DNA from: Squalus acanthias
Taxonomy: Eukaryota
NCBI GenBank assembly: GCA_030390025.1
Contig: JASTWF010000034.1
Span: 1,488,001-1,552,000, forward strand
Direction: 5' to 3'
DNA: 64,000 nt
The position numbers and the translations under genes are program-made. The notes below the pieces were generated by a model. That model was not told the origin of the DNA and made no database searches. It saw only the letters and a list, made by a program, of their open reading frames with translations. This document shows positions 37,597 through 50,573 of this stretch, one piece after another; the stretch's first letter is position 1; every line of letters starts with the position of its first letter.

Positions 37597-39180
37597 ATGA
37601 CTGCACAGAGGCAGAGGGCTGCTCCCAGGTTGTCCGATGGCTCCCTCCATATGATTATAAAGTGAGTCAAAACACCAAGTGTGGTCCTCTCCTCTTCCAA
37701 TGGATGGAAGAGGCCTCCCCAGGACACCAAAATAGCCTGGTTGGAGATTGCAGAGGGGGTCACCAGCAGGGATGTTGTCAGGAAGACCTGGGTGCAGTGC
37801 CACAAACATTTCAATGATCTCATTAGATCAGGAAACGTGAGTACAAAGCCACACTCACCTTCATCTTGCTGTGCCTCTCATCACACCCCCATCAATCTGC
37901 CTTCCCAACCCTACCCCTGTACATTCTTACTCACACCAACAAACCTTGCACATCCACCCACTCCTCTCTTTCTATTTACATAATCACATCCCCATCTCAC
38001 TAGTCACCCCTCGCACTCACCGTCATCCTAGTGCAATCATACCAAATAACAACACACAAGGAGGCCACTTGTCTTTGGCACCCCACTCCATCATATTCAC
38101 CCTCTAAATATCTACCCCATCCATTCCTGACATTCATTCCATCACTCTCACTCAAACTTCTCTTCTTTCCCTCCTTGCAGGAAAAGAGAGCCCACAATAA
38201 GAGGGAGAAGGGGTGAACTGGTGGTGGCACTCCATCATTTGTAAACCTTACAACAGCAGAGGAGGCTGCTTTAGAAATATCTGGAGTTGCCGAGCAGCTG
38301 GAGGTGGGAGGAGAGAGTGGGACATCTCAGCAACCTAGTGACAGAGTTACATATCATACAGCTACATGGCATACATCAGTCACTCATATGGGCACTGATC
38401 TCACTGAATGGTCATCATGTGCATAATGGTATCTGTACCCATTCTTCATATGACATATCTAACTCATATCTTCACTCTCCCACAGGTCCATCAAGAGCTC
38501 CGCCCCTTCACTGTCCAGGAGGAAGAGGAAGATGACGCCTCAGAGGAGCCGCCAGCCTCTGAGGGTGCACCATCACCAGAGATAAGCGCACCCAGCACAA
38601 GGGCAGACACGCACACCTCGGTGGGTCCCACACGAGATAGAGCAGTGTTGTCACCTGGTGTCTCACAACTCACAAGTGTGCAAGAGCAGATGCTGGAGAG
38701 AGGGAAGGCAGTGGAGACTCCGTGCCGGAGGGCGCAGGATGCTCCCAGCTCTGCTCAGCTGCATGCAGACGTTGAGCCTCGGGGGCCATCTAGAAAGAGT
38801 GTGATCCTGGAGGTGCAGCAAGAAGTGCAGGGGGGCTCCGACAGGTTTTGCGAGCGCGAAGTCTGCAAATGTTCAGCGAATGGAGGAGTCCATCTCCAAT
38901 ATGACCACTACCATGTCACAGACGATGGTGACTGTAGGCTCCTCCATGGACAGAATGGGCATCTACATGGAGCAGCTAATGCGTCACTCGGAGGAGCACA
39001 TGGTCTTTATGGAGGATAGATGGCTATGTATAGAGAATAGTTGGCAGAGGCTCATAGACCTCCTCTCTAGGAAGGATGTCAGCATAGACGTGGGTCCTCA
39101 TGGCCTCACTGCTGTGCAGCAAGGAGCTCTCCACCTCCTTGGCAGCAGGGAAGTGAGCAGGCTGCCTCTACTCTGCTGAA
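37597..39180 (+). pseudogene. Harbinger-type Myb/SANT-like DNA-binding gene with three exons, decayed
   Basis: MTAQRQRAAPRLS..AWLEIAEGVTS..KTWVQCHKHFNDL, donor at 37836/7, acceptors at 38180 (EKRAHNKRE) and 38485; premature TGA at ~37663. Confidence 0.75.
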
Positions 39181-39233
39181 GCCACTGGTGAGCACCTCGT
39201 AGATGCATGCAGAAGAGAAAGATGACACACAAG

Positions 39234-39972
39234 TGTAAGATCTTTATGATCTCTCAGAGTTTTTGGACAAGACACCAATAGGCAGCAGCCAGTATGTTTG
39301 AGCAATAGATCAAGATTTATTAAGCTTACAGCGTAATAGACTGAACAGCAGGCGATAGTTTAACGAGTAGCTCGCAGCCCTTGGACTCTGGAACCTCTCG
39401 GACACAGGTGACGTCATCTTCAGTCTGTTCCTTTGTTCTTGCAGTAGGTCTGTGTAAAGTTGTTATTCGAGTATCAAGGTTTTAACCCATTTCTTATCAA
39501 AAGTTCATGCGGGCATTGTCCATATATGGTCTTTAACAAAATCACCTATTTTAATTGTTTCTAATGGTCAAAATACCATCGTCACTCAGACTAAGTTTAG
39601 CATCTTGGCCCTGCTGTTCCAGTATTTTTCCTACAACTTTACCCTGTTCATCGTCATCTTGTTTATAGTTCTTCACCCCACTGGAATTTACCTTATCTCT
39701 CTCATTTCTAGCTTCCCTGATACAGACATTACAAGGCCTCATAAGCTGCGTAAGCTGCGATACTGTCCGTTATCAGAGCTAGTCTTGACTAGTCCTGGCT
39801 GTCTTTGCAGTGATATTTTGAGCAAGCCTTAGCTATTTATGCACAAGTCATTACAGGTCACACTGAATATAGATATTGGGTTAATGTGAAGTTCAGTATT
39901 CTACACTCACACTTATACATGTTATTACTAAAAACATCCAAGTATCAGTCTTTCGTGCAAAAGTATAATTCA
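39234..39972 (-). mobile_element. Solo LTR (~740 bp)
   Basis: TG...CA termini, CAAG duplicated (39230-39233, 39973-39976), minus-strand AATAAA ~85 bp from its end. Confidence 0.65.
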
Positions 39973-40289
39973 CAAGGGTAGCCACTTGGGTGTTTTAGCG
40001 AATGTTTATGTAAAGTTTCCGTTAATGTGCTGTCAAACATCAAAATTCATATTTTCAACACTTTCCGGTCTTGGACAGATCTGTGTGCACCTTTGCAAGT
40101 GGTTTATGAGTTGCGGTGAATGGTGAGACATAACGGTACCTCCAGCAATGGTGGTGAGTGTGAAAGGAATGGCTTGGTCATTGCAGGGATGCTTTACGGT
40201 GTTGCTGTGAGGGGGTGCCAACCTGGAGCATCATGTGGCAGCTGTAAGGGTGAACAGCGTCAAGTGAAGTAAATCTGGCCATGGTGAGG

Positions 40290-40476
40290 CCATCCCTGGC
40301 CTGCCGGACAGCAATGTGCTCGGGTGTTGATGCGCTCTGTCCTCTGCAGCATCAAGTGATTGCGGAGAAGGTTGGTGGTGTTGTTGTTGCTGTTGTTGTG
40401 CCTGGTGCTGCTGGTGTTGGGGTTCACCGTGGTCAGATTCTGAGGACCAAGGTGAGACGGTATAAACGGCACCCAT
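40290..40476 (-). pseudogene. Probable N-terminus of a Harbinger transposase, core deleted
   Basis: MGAVYT..poly-Q/H low-complexity start, convergent with the Myb gene; no DDE core seen. Confidence 0.35.
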
Positions 40477-40831
40477 GCTGATGGAATAGATGGCAGGTGA
40501 AGTAGAGATGACGGAAGCAATCTGTCAATGGTGAGAGAGGTTCTTCCGGTGAGGTGACACTGGATGGAGACTTTGCTGGAAAGACTGTAACCTGCAGAGT
40601 CTGTGCTGGGAATGCAGTGAGAAACAGCTTCTGCTGAGGAAAGTGATCATCTGTCAGGTGGGAGTTTTTATGCTACATTTGATGCTGGCAAGTAATCAGC
40701 TGGAGCAATGTCCACTGAACTCCTGCCTCAGGTTGTCAGACGTGGTTCCCGAGCAGCGTGCATCCCGTGGCCATCCAATTCAATTTAAAAGGTAAGGTTA
40801 ATCCCACTCTTAAATGTCTGACAGCTACTAA

Positions 40832-42990
40832 CTACGATGGTATGAGGTGCGAGTTGTGTAGGATTGATTGGGGAATGTCACTCAAAGGGTTGACGGTGGA
40901 TAGGCAATGGCAAACATTTGTTCATCCCAGATTGGCATAAGAATAAAACAAAAAGGATGACTCAACCATGGCTAACAAGGGAAATTAGGGATAGCATAAG
41001 ATCCAAGGAGAGGGCATATAAATTGGCCAGAAAAAGCAGTAACCCTGTGGATTGGGAGCAGTTTAAGATTCAACAAAGGAGGACAAAGGGATTAATTAAG
41101 AAGGGGAAAATAGAATACGAGAGTAAGCTTGCAGGGAACATAAAAACTGACTGTAAAAGCTTTTATAGATATGTGAAGAGAAAAAGATTAGTGAAATCAA
41201 GCATAGGTCCCTTGCAGTCAGAATCAGGGGAACTTATAATGGGGAACAAAGAAATGTCAGACCAATTAAATACATATTTTGGTTCTGTCTTCACAAAGGA
41301 GGACACAAATAACCTCCCAGAGATGTTGATGAACATAGGGTCTGATGAAAGGGAGGAACTGAAAGAAATCAGTATTTGTAGGGAAATGGTGTTAGGGAAA
41401 TTGAAGGGATTGAAGGCCGATAAATCCCCAGGGCCTGATAATTGACATCCTAGGGTACTTAAGGAAGTGGCCCTAGAAATAATAGATGCATTGCTGATCA
41501 TCTTCCAACATTCGATGGAATCTGGAACAGTACCCATGGATTGGAGGGCAGCTAATGTTACCCCACTATTCAAAAAGGGTGGTAGAGAGAAAACGGGGAA
41601 TTACATCGGTAGTGGGGAAAATGCTAGAGTCCATTATAAAAGATGTAATAGCTGAGCACTTGAAAAACAGTGACAGGATCGGACAAAGTCAACATGGATT
41701 TACAAAAGGTAAATCATGCTTGACTAATCTATTGGAATTTTTTGAGGATGTAACTGGTAAAATAGATAAGGGAGAACCAGTGGATGTGGTGTATTTGGAC
41801 TTCCAAAAGGCTTTTGATAAGGTCCCGCATAAGAGATTAGCGTGTAAAGTTAAGGCACATGGGATTGGGGGCAAGATATTGACTTGGATAGAGAACTGGT
41901 TGGCAGACAGAAAGCAAAGAGTTGCAATAAACGGGTCTTTTTCCGAGTGGCAGGCAGTGACTAGTGGGGTACCGCAGGGATCAGTCCTTGGACCCCAGCT
42001 ATTCACAATATATATACATGATCTAGACAAGGGAACTAGTTGTAATATCTCCAAGTTTGCAGACGACACAAAACTGGGTGGGCCTGTGTGCTGCGAGGAG
42101 GATGCCAAGAAACTCCAGGATGATTTGGACAGGTTGGGTGATTGGGCAGAAGCGTGGCAGATGCAATATAACGTGGATAAATGCGAGGTTATCCACTTTG
42201 GTGTCAAAAACAGAAAGGCAGACTATTATCTGAATGGCAATAGATGGGGAAAAGGGGAAGTGCAACGTGACCTGGGTGTCCTTGTGCACCAGTCGCTGAA
42301 GGTAAGCATGCAGGTGCAGCAGGCGGTTAAGAAGGCAAATGGTATGTTGGCCTTCATAGCGAGAGGGTTTGAGGACAGGAACAAGGATGTCTTGCTGCAG
42401 TTGTACAGGGCCTTGGGGAGACCACACCTTGAGTACTGTGTGCAGTTTTGGTTGCCTTATCTGAGGAAGGATGTTCTTGCCATGGATGGAGTTCAGCGAA
42501 GATTCACAAGGCTGATACCTGGGATTGCAGGAATGACGTATGAAGAGAGATTGGGTCGATTGGGCTTATACTTGCTGGAGTTTAGAAGAATGACAGGGGA
42601 TCTCATTGAAACTTATAAAATTCTGACAGGACAGGACAAACTAGATGCAGGAAGGATGTTCCCGATGGTCGGGGAGTTCAGAACCAGGGGTCACAGTCTA
42701 AGGATAAGGGGTAAGCCATTTAGGACAGAAATGAGGAGGAATTTCTTCACCCAGAGAGTGGTGAACCTGTGGAATTCTCTGCCACAGAAGGCAGTAGAGG
42801 CCAATTCATTAAATAGATTCAAGAAGGATTTGGATATATTTCTTAAGGCTAAAGGGATCAAGGGATATGGGGAGAAAGCAGGGACAGGGTACTGAATTTG
42901 GATGATCAGCCATGATCTCATTGAATGGCGGAGCAGGCTAGAGGGGCCGAATGGCCTACTCCTGCTCCTATCTTCTATGATCTATGATCT
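40832..42990 (+). mobile_element. 5'-truncated CR1 LINE with 9-bp TSD
   Basis: AGCTACTAA at 40823-40831 and 42991-42999; RT motifs; (TCTATGA)n tail. Confidence 0.95.
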
Positions 42991-43307
42991 AGCTACTAAT
43001 AATTTAAACAGAAAATGCTGGAAATACTCATTTTCTGGTGTGGTCGCGGGTGCGATCGGAGGTGGGTCAGGTGGGAAAGTTGTAATTTCTTGGAGCGGGT
43101 CGGGAACCTACTGTCATCCCGCTCCCTCACACCTTTCCCCCAGGTGCGTCTATCAGCATGGATCCGACCTGATCAGCAGAGGCGGGCGAGCCAATTTAAA
43201 TTATTAGTACAAAAACAAAATACTGCGGATGCTGGAAATCTGAAATAAAAACAGAAAATGCTGGAAGTACTCAGCATGTCAGGCAGCATTTGTGGAGAGA
43301 GAAACAG

Positions 43308-43346
43308 AGTTAACGTTTCAGGTCAATGACCCTTCGTCAGAACTGG
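43308..43346 (-). ncRNA. Minimal type I hammerhead ribozyme
   Basis: AGTT-CTGACGA-A-GGGTC(ATT)GACCT-GAA-ACGT-T-AACT: catalytic boxes, stems I and II, palindromic stem III. Confidence 0.7.
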
Positions 43347-46300
43347 AAAATGTTGGAGATGGAACAGGTTTTTAAGCAAGTGTAGGGGCAGGGAAAGGGC
43401 GAAGGGGGGAAAGAACAAAAGGGAAGGTCTGTGATAGGATGGAAGGCAGGAGAGATTAAGAGACAAAAGGGATGATGGTGCAAGGCAAAAGGAGATGGTA
43501 ATGGGACAAATTAAGAAACAAAAGATGACTCTAGAAGAAGTGTAAATGGCAATGGCAGAATGATCGACAGCTGCCATGTGAGAGAGAGGAAAAAATGATA
43601 GGGGCAGAGGTTATGGTCTGAAATTGTTGAACTCTATGTTGAGTCCAGAAGGCTGTAAAGTACCTAATCGAAAGATGAGGAGCTGTTCCTCGAGCTTACG
43701 TTGAGCTTCATTGGAACAGTGTAAGAGGCCGAGGACAGAGAGGTCAGAGTGGGAGTGGAGCGGAGAATTAAAGTGACAGGCGACCGGAAGCTCAGAATCA
43801 CGGACTGAACGGAGGTGTTCCGCAAAGCGGTGACCCAATCTGCGTTTGGTCTCCCCAATGTAGAGGAGACCGCATCGTGAGCAGCGAATACATTATACTA
43901 AATTGCAAGAAGTACAAGTAAATCGCTGTTTCACCTGGAAGGAGTGTTTGGTGCCCTGGACAGTGGGAAGGGAGGAGGTAAAAGGGCAGGTGTTGCATCT
44001 CCTGCGCTTGCACGGGAAGGTGCCGGGCGAAGGGGAAGGGGTGTTGGAGGTGAGAGAGGAGTGGGCCAAGGTGTCGCGGAGGGAGCGGTCCCTTCGGAAT
44101 TCTGAAAGGGAAGGTGAGTGGAAGATGTGTTTGGTGGTGGGATCATGCTGGAGGTGGAGGAAATGGCGGAGGATGATCCGTTGAATGTGGAGGCTGGTGG
44201 GGTGAAATGTGAGGACAATGGGAACACTATCGTGGTTCCGGGAGGGAGGGGAAGGGGTGAGAGCAGAGGTGCAGGAAATAGAACGGACACGGTCAAGGGC
44301 CATGTCAACCACAGCAGAGGGGAATCCTCGGTTGAGGAAAAATGAAGGCATGTCGGAAACATTAGTATGGAAGGTGGCATCGTCAGAGCAAATGCGGCGG
44401 CGACAGAGAAACTAGGAGAATGGAATAGAGTCCTTACAGGAGGCGGGGTGGGAGGAAGTATAGTCCAGGTAGCTGTGGGAGTCATTGGGCTTGTAGTGAA
44501 TCGTTGTCAATAGCCTACCCCCAGAGATGGAGACAGAGAAGTCGAGGAAGGGAAGAGAAGAGTCGGAGTTGGACCGTGTGAAGGTGAGAGAAGGGTGGAA
44601 ATTGGAAGCAAAGTGAATGGAATTTTCTTGTTCTGAGCGAGAGCAGGAAACAGCACCAATACAGTCATCAAAGTCCCGGGAAAAGAGGTGAGGGAGAGGA
44701 CCTGAGTAGGACTGGAACAAAGAATGTTCCACATATGCGACGAAAAGGCAGGCATAGCTAGGACTCATGCGGGTTCCCACAGCAACACCTTTAATTTGGA
44801 GGAAGTGAGTGGAGTCAATGGAGAAGTTGTTCAATGTGAGAACAACTTCAGCCAGGTGGAGGAGGGTGGTGGCGGATGGGGACTGGTTGGGCCTCTGTTC
44901 AAGGAAGTAGCGGAGCGCCCTCAGGCCATCCTGGAGGGAGATAGAGTTGTAGAGGGATTGGACGTCCATAGTGAAAAGGAGACGGTTGGGGCGAGGACAC
45001 TGGAAAATGTCGAATTGGTTGAGGGCATCGGGAGAGTTGCGGATGTCGGTGGGAAGAGACTGGACAAGGGGAGAAAAATAGGATCGAGATAGGAAGAGAT
45101 AAGTTCCGTGGGGCAAAAACAGGCAGAAACGATGGGTCTCCCAGGGCAATCCTGTTTGTGGATCTAGGGAAGGAGGTAGATGCGGGCTGTGCGGGGTTGG
45201 GGCACTATGAGGTTGGCGGCCGTGGAGGGAAGATCTCCAGAGGAGATGAGTTCAGTGATGGTCTTGGAAACGGTGGTTTGATGTTCGGTAGTGGGGTCAT
45301 GGACCAGGTGGAGGTACTAGGAGGTGACAGCGAGTTGACGGTCAGCCTCCGCTAGGTAGAGGTCGGTTCGCCAAACAACCACAGCACCAGCATTGTCAGC
45401 AGGGTTAATGACAATGTAGGATTTGGATCTGAGAGAATGGAGTGCTGCAAGTTCAGAGGGAGGTAAGTTGGAGTGAGTGAGGGGAGCAGAGACGGTCGAT
45501 GTCACGCCGGCAGTTTGCAATGAAAAGATCTAGAGAGGTTACGAGGCCAGAGGGAGCGGTCCAGGTAGAACGAGAAGTCTGAAAACGGGAGAAAAGGTCA
45601 CCTGTGCGGGGGGAAGACTCCTGGCCAAAGAAGTGGGCACGGAGACGAAGGCAGCGGAAAAAGAGCTCAGCATCGTGCCAAGCTCGAAATTCATTCAGAT
45701 GGGGGCGTAAGGGGATGAAGCTCAGCCATTTGCTACCTCCACCCATCCCACTGTCCAGAGCCTCAAACACTCCTTCCAGGTGAAACAGCGATTTACTTGT
45801 ACTACTTACAATTAAGTATACTGTATTCGCTGTTCACGATGCGGTCTCCTCTACATTGGGGAGACCAAACACAGATTGGGTGACCGCTTTGCAGAACAAC
45901 TCCGTTCAGTCCGTAAGGGTGACCCCGAGCTTCCAGTCGCCTGTCACTTTAATTCTCCGTTCCACTCCCACTCAGACCTCACCGTCCTCGGCCTCTTACA
46001 CTGTTGCAATGAAGTTCAACGTAAGCTAGCGGATTAGCACCTCATCTTCCGATTAGGCACTTTTTAGCCTTCTTCACTCAACATCGAGTTCAACAATTTC
46101 AGACCATAACCTCTGCTCCTATCCTTTTTTACCCATTTTTCTCCCTCACATGGCAGCTGTCTTTCATTCTGCCAGTGCAATTTACACTTCATCTAGAGCC
46201 ACCTTTTATTTCTTAACTTGTCCCATTACTATCTCCTTTTGTCTTGCACCATCTCTTAATCTCTCTTAATCTCTCTTAATCGCTTCTGCCTTCCATCCTG

Positions 46301-46388
46301 TCACAGACCTTCGGTTTTGTTCTTTCTCCCCTCTTCCCTATTCCTGCCTCTACACTTGCTTAAAGACCTGTTCCATCTCCAGCTTTTT

Positions 46389-46428
46389 CCAGTTCTGACG
46401 AAGCGACATCGACCTGAAACGTTAACTC
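46389..46428 (+). ncRNA. Minimal hammerhead ribozyme, stem II mutated
   Basis: AGTT-CTGACGA-AGCGACATCGACCT-GAAACGTT-AACT. Confidence 0.55.
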
Positions 46429-46994
46429 TGTTTCTCTCTCCACAGATGCTGCCTGACCTGCTGAGTATTTCCAGCATTTTCTGTTTTTATTTCAGATTTC
46501 CTGCATGCGCAGTATTTTGCTTTTGTGCCGTTCTGATTCTGCCTTGTCCATTGATATGTTCATCCCTTAATAGCCCAAGGCAGCACTGCTCTGACCAGGA
46601 CATTTTCTTTGCTGATTTAAAACCTTTACCTCTGGCCCTTGTTGTGAAAATATCAAACACTGATCCCACACGAGCCCCAGCCCTTTCTCTTCTGTTCCCT
46701 CCCTCTGTTAAACAGAAGAGAACGGGCGGAGATACAGAGGGTGAGAGTAACAGATACTGAAACTAATATACAGAATATACAGAATCAGTGAGAGGGACTG
46801 AGAAACTGAAACAAGAGAAAGAGGCAATATTTTAAACCAGGCAATGTCGGATCAGAGGGAGATACAGAAAGAGGTGCAGAGAGACCCAGAAATAATGCCA
46901 CACTCAGAACCGCATTAAAATGGCCACCACACATCTCACTTAACAGTCACAATCATCGCATTGTCCAAAACACCAGCCTTTAGACCGTTCATTT

Positions 46995-47118
46995 TGAGGA
47001 CTTTAATTTCACAACTTCAGGAGCGCTTTGCAGCCAATGAACTCATTGTTGTAATGTAGTCACTGTTGTAATGTAGGAAACGTGGCAACCAATTTGTGCA
47101 GAGCAAGCTCCCACAAAC
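46995..47118 (-). mobile_element. Deu-domain SINE fragment (AmnSINE1/SacSINE1-like)
   Basis: GCGCTTTGCAGCCAATGA..GTAGTCACTGTTGTAATGTAGGAAACGTGGCAACCAATTTGTGCA.AGCAAGCTCCCACAAAC, recognised from memory of the Deu core. Confidence 0.7.
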
Positions 47119-47304
47119 TGGGATTAAGCTGCTGATTCCTTTGGGACACTTTTTAAACTCGCCGTCCCAGGATTTAGTTTTAAATCAGACATTCTGGAAG
47201 GGTGTGACAGAGGGGCTCTCCTGCTGAGGCTGGGAGCTGGGCAGTGACTGCACACTGGAGACCCCCAGAGCCTATGTGTCTCCCTGTGTGTTTAACGCAG
47301 TCCA

Positions 47305-47483
47305 CTCCTTCTGTCTTTAAGACGCTGCTTGAAACCGACCTCTGATCAAGCTTTTGGTCATCTGTCCTAATATCTCCTTATGTGGCTCGGTGTCAAATTG
47401 TGTTTGTTAATATTCCTGTGAAGCGCCCTGGGACATTTTACTACTTTAAATGCGCGATATAAATGGTTGTTGTTGTTGTTGTT
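47305..47483 (+). mobile_element. L2-type 3' tail
   Basis: Similar to 27890-28062 (GTGAAGCGCC.TGGGAC..TTAAA.GCG..ATA..(GTT)n). Confidence 0.8.
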
Positions 47484-48307
47484 GTCTCTCTCTCTCCCTC
47501 TGTTTCTGTGTCTCTCTCTCCCTTTGTTTCTCTCATTGTTTCTCACTCCCTCTCTTTCTCTGTCTCTCCTTCTGCTTCTCTCTGTCTCTCCCTTTGTGTC
47601 TCTCCTTCTGCCTCTCTCTCTCTCTCCATTATTCCAGCTGCATCTTTCTGCATCTCCGTTTCTCTCTCTCTGCTTGTCTCCCCAGCTGTTTTTGCCTCGT
47701 TGTAAAAACACAAACACTGGCGATCCCCGTGCCTCTCCCTCTCATTGGCCCGTACCCGCTCGGCCCAGGGTTGGTGCTGTGCGTACATTAAATGTTGCAG
47801 TGCATCTTCCACTTCTGGCATTTAACAGTCACCGCCATCTCTCTCTCTGTATCTCTCCCTCTCTCCCCCCTCTCTCTCTCTCCCTCTCTTTTGTTCTCTC
47901 TCCTCCTCTCTCTGTTCCTATCTAGGTCCCCATCTCTGTATCTGTCTACCATTTAAAATAAAGACAAATCGCTTTGCTGTATGTGGCATTTTTTATATGT
48001 TAAAGGTTTAGAGAGGGAGACAGAGAAAGATGGAGAGAGACAACAACTAGTATTTATATACATCCTTTAACAAAGTAGAACCTCCCAGGGCATTTCACAA
48101 GAGTGTTATAAAATAAAATTTGACATCGAGCCACATAACAGGGAAAGATAGAGTGAAATAGACACCGAAATAAGTCCGCACTCGGAACCCCAGTAAAGTG
48201 AATTAAAATGGCCACCGCGCATCTCACTTCACCGTTAAAATCATCGCACCGTCCAAAACACCAGCATTATTCTGGAATTATAAAAAGCCTGCAGTCGGGT
48301 CATGGTG

Positions 48308-48510
48308 AGGACTTTAATTTCACAACCTCAGGAGCGCTTTACAGCCAGTGATCTCATTGTTGAAATGTATTCACTGTTGTTCTATAGGAAACGTGGCAGC
48401 CAATTTGCGCACAGCAAGCTCCCAGAAACAACAGTGTGATACAAACAGTTGGGTCTGTTTCAGTGATGTTGGTTGAGGGATAAATATTGTCCTCAGGAAA
48501 TCCGGGATAC
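48308..48510 (-). mobile_element. Deu-domain SINE fragment, second copy
   Basis: Same core as 46995-47118, extended by TGATGTTGGTTGAGGGATAAATATTG. Confidence 0.7.
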
Positions 48511-49054
48511 ACCAGCAGAGGGGGGTAGAAATAGGCATGCAACTAAGTGTGCTGTGATAGAGAGAAACCAACAGAGGGAGAGAGAGAGAGAGAAAGGTAG
48601 TGATGTGTAGTGATGATACAGAAGGAGAGAGAGAGAAACCATAGGCCCCACACAGGGGAGAAGACCAAGAACAGGCCCCAGTGAAACAGCTCGATTCCAC
48701 CCACAGCTCACACCCAACCTCACAGACAGGCTGGAAGGAGCTTGGGGAATGGGACCTACTCCTTCCCCATCCTCCATCCTCCCGCCCTCTCTCACCCGCT
48801 GTAACCCGCCCTCCCGCGGCGTGTATTCCAAGGCTGTGGACAACCTCGCACTCCCCAGAAAGTGCGAAACTCTCTTTAAAAAGGGGTTAAGCTGCTGATT
48901 CCTTTGGGACACTTATTAAAATCACCGTCCTTTGATTGATTTTTGAATCTTGACATTCTGGAAGGGTGTGGGAGAGGGGATTTTCTGCAGAGTCTGGGAG
49001 CTGGGCAGTAACTACACACTGGAGACCCCCAGAGCCTTTGTATTTAACCCAGTC

Positions 49055-50062
49055 AACTCCTCTCTCTCCCCCGGTTTCTCTCTCTCTCTCTTTTGTTTCC
49101 CTCTTCCTCTCTCTCTCCTGGTTTCTCTGTCTCTCTCTCTGTCTCTCCCCGTTTCTCGCGCTCTCTCTTTCCCGGTTTCTCTTGCTCTCTCTCTCCAGGT
49201 TTCACTCTCTCTCTCTCTCTTTCTCCGAGTTTCTCTCTGTCTCTCCCGGTTTCTCTCTCTCTCTCCCAGTTTCTCTCTCTGTCTCACTCTCTCTCCCGGT
49301 TTATCTCTCTTTCTCTCTCCCAGTTTCTCCCTCTCTCTCCCAGTTTCTCTCTCCCTCTCCCACTTTATCTCTCTCTCTCTCTCCCAGTTTTTCTCTCGCT
49401 CCCAGTTTCTCTCTCTCTCTCCCAGTTTCTCTCTCTCTCCCAGTTTCTCTCTCCCTCTCCCACTTTATCTCTCTCTCTCGCCCAGTTTTTCTCTCTCTCC
49501 CAGTTTCTCTCTCTCTCTCCCAGTTTCTCTCTCCCTCTCCCACTTTATCTCTCTCTCTCCCAGTTTTTCTCTCTCTCCCAGTTTCTCTCTCTCTCTCCCA
49601 GTTTCTCTCTCTCTCTCCCAGTTTCTCTCTCTCTCTCTCCCAGTTTCTCTCTCCCTCTCCCACGTTATCTCTCTCTCTCTCTCCCAGTTTTTCTCTCTCT
49701 CCCAGTTTCTCTCTCTCTCTCTCCCAGTTTCTCTCTCTCTCTCCCAGTTTCTCTCTTTCTCCCAGTTGCTCTCTCTCTCCCAGTTTCTCTCGCTTTCTCT
49801 CCCAGTTTTTCCTCTCTCTCTCCCAGCTTCTCTCTCTGTCTGTCTCTCTCCCAATTTCTCTCTCTGTCTGTCTCTCTCTCTCCCAATTTCTCTCTCTGTC
49901 TCGCTCTCTCTCTCCCAGTTTCTCTCTCTGTCTGTCTCTCTCTCTCCCAATTTCTCTCACTGTCTCACTCTCTCTCTCCTGGTTTATCTCACTCTCTCCT
50001 TGTCTCTCTCTCTCTCTCTCTCTACTGGTTTCTCTCTCTGTGTCTCTCTCTCTCTCTGTCTC

Positions 50063-50107
<45 letters not shown>

Positions 50108-50540
50108 TTGTTTCTCTCTCTCTCTCTCTCTCTCTACTGGTTTCTCTCTCTGTCTCTCTCTCTCTCTCTCCCAGTTTATCTCTCCCTATCCCAGTTTCTC
50201 TCTCTCCCAGTTTTTCTCTCTCTCCCAGTTTCTCTCTCTTTCTCCCAGTAACTCTCTCTCTCCCAGTTTCTCTCTCTCTCCCAGTTCCTCTCTCTCTCCC
50301 AGTTTATATCTCTCTCCCTCTGTCTCTATCACTTTCTCCCAATTACTCTCTCTTTCGCTCCCAGTTTATCTCCCTGTCTCGCTCTCTCTCTCTCCCAGTT
50401 TCTCTCTCTCTGTCTCTCTCCCGGTTTCTATCTCTCCCTCTCCCAGTTTCTCTCTCTGTCTGTCTGTCTCTCTCCCAATTTCTCTCTCTGTCTCTCTCTC
50501 TCTCTCTCTCTCCCGGTTTATCTCTCTCTCTCCTGCTTTC

Positions 50541-50573
<33 letters not shown>

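Larger units (their letters stand above)
43209..46526 (-). mobile_element. Penelope-like element: RT and GIY-YIG endonuclease on the minus strand (43209-~45730) plus an inverted copy of its 3' ~780 bp (~45735-46526)
   Basis: LFTMDVQSLY, QIKGVAVGTRMSPSYA, RDFDD, LPFLDF, CKRRRCNTC and YIGETKRRLGHRFAEH; the same endonuclease/terminal sequence recurs on the plus strand. Confidence 0.92.

Noticed and set aside
43030..43205. Terminal part of the 37.3-kb Harbinger
   Set aside because: GC-rich and transposon-end-like, but no matching TIR or TSD could be confirmed.
47700..47840. Unique GC-richer island between CT tracts as an exon or RNA gene
   Set aside because: No convincing splice pair, ORF or structure.
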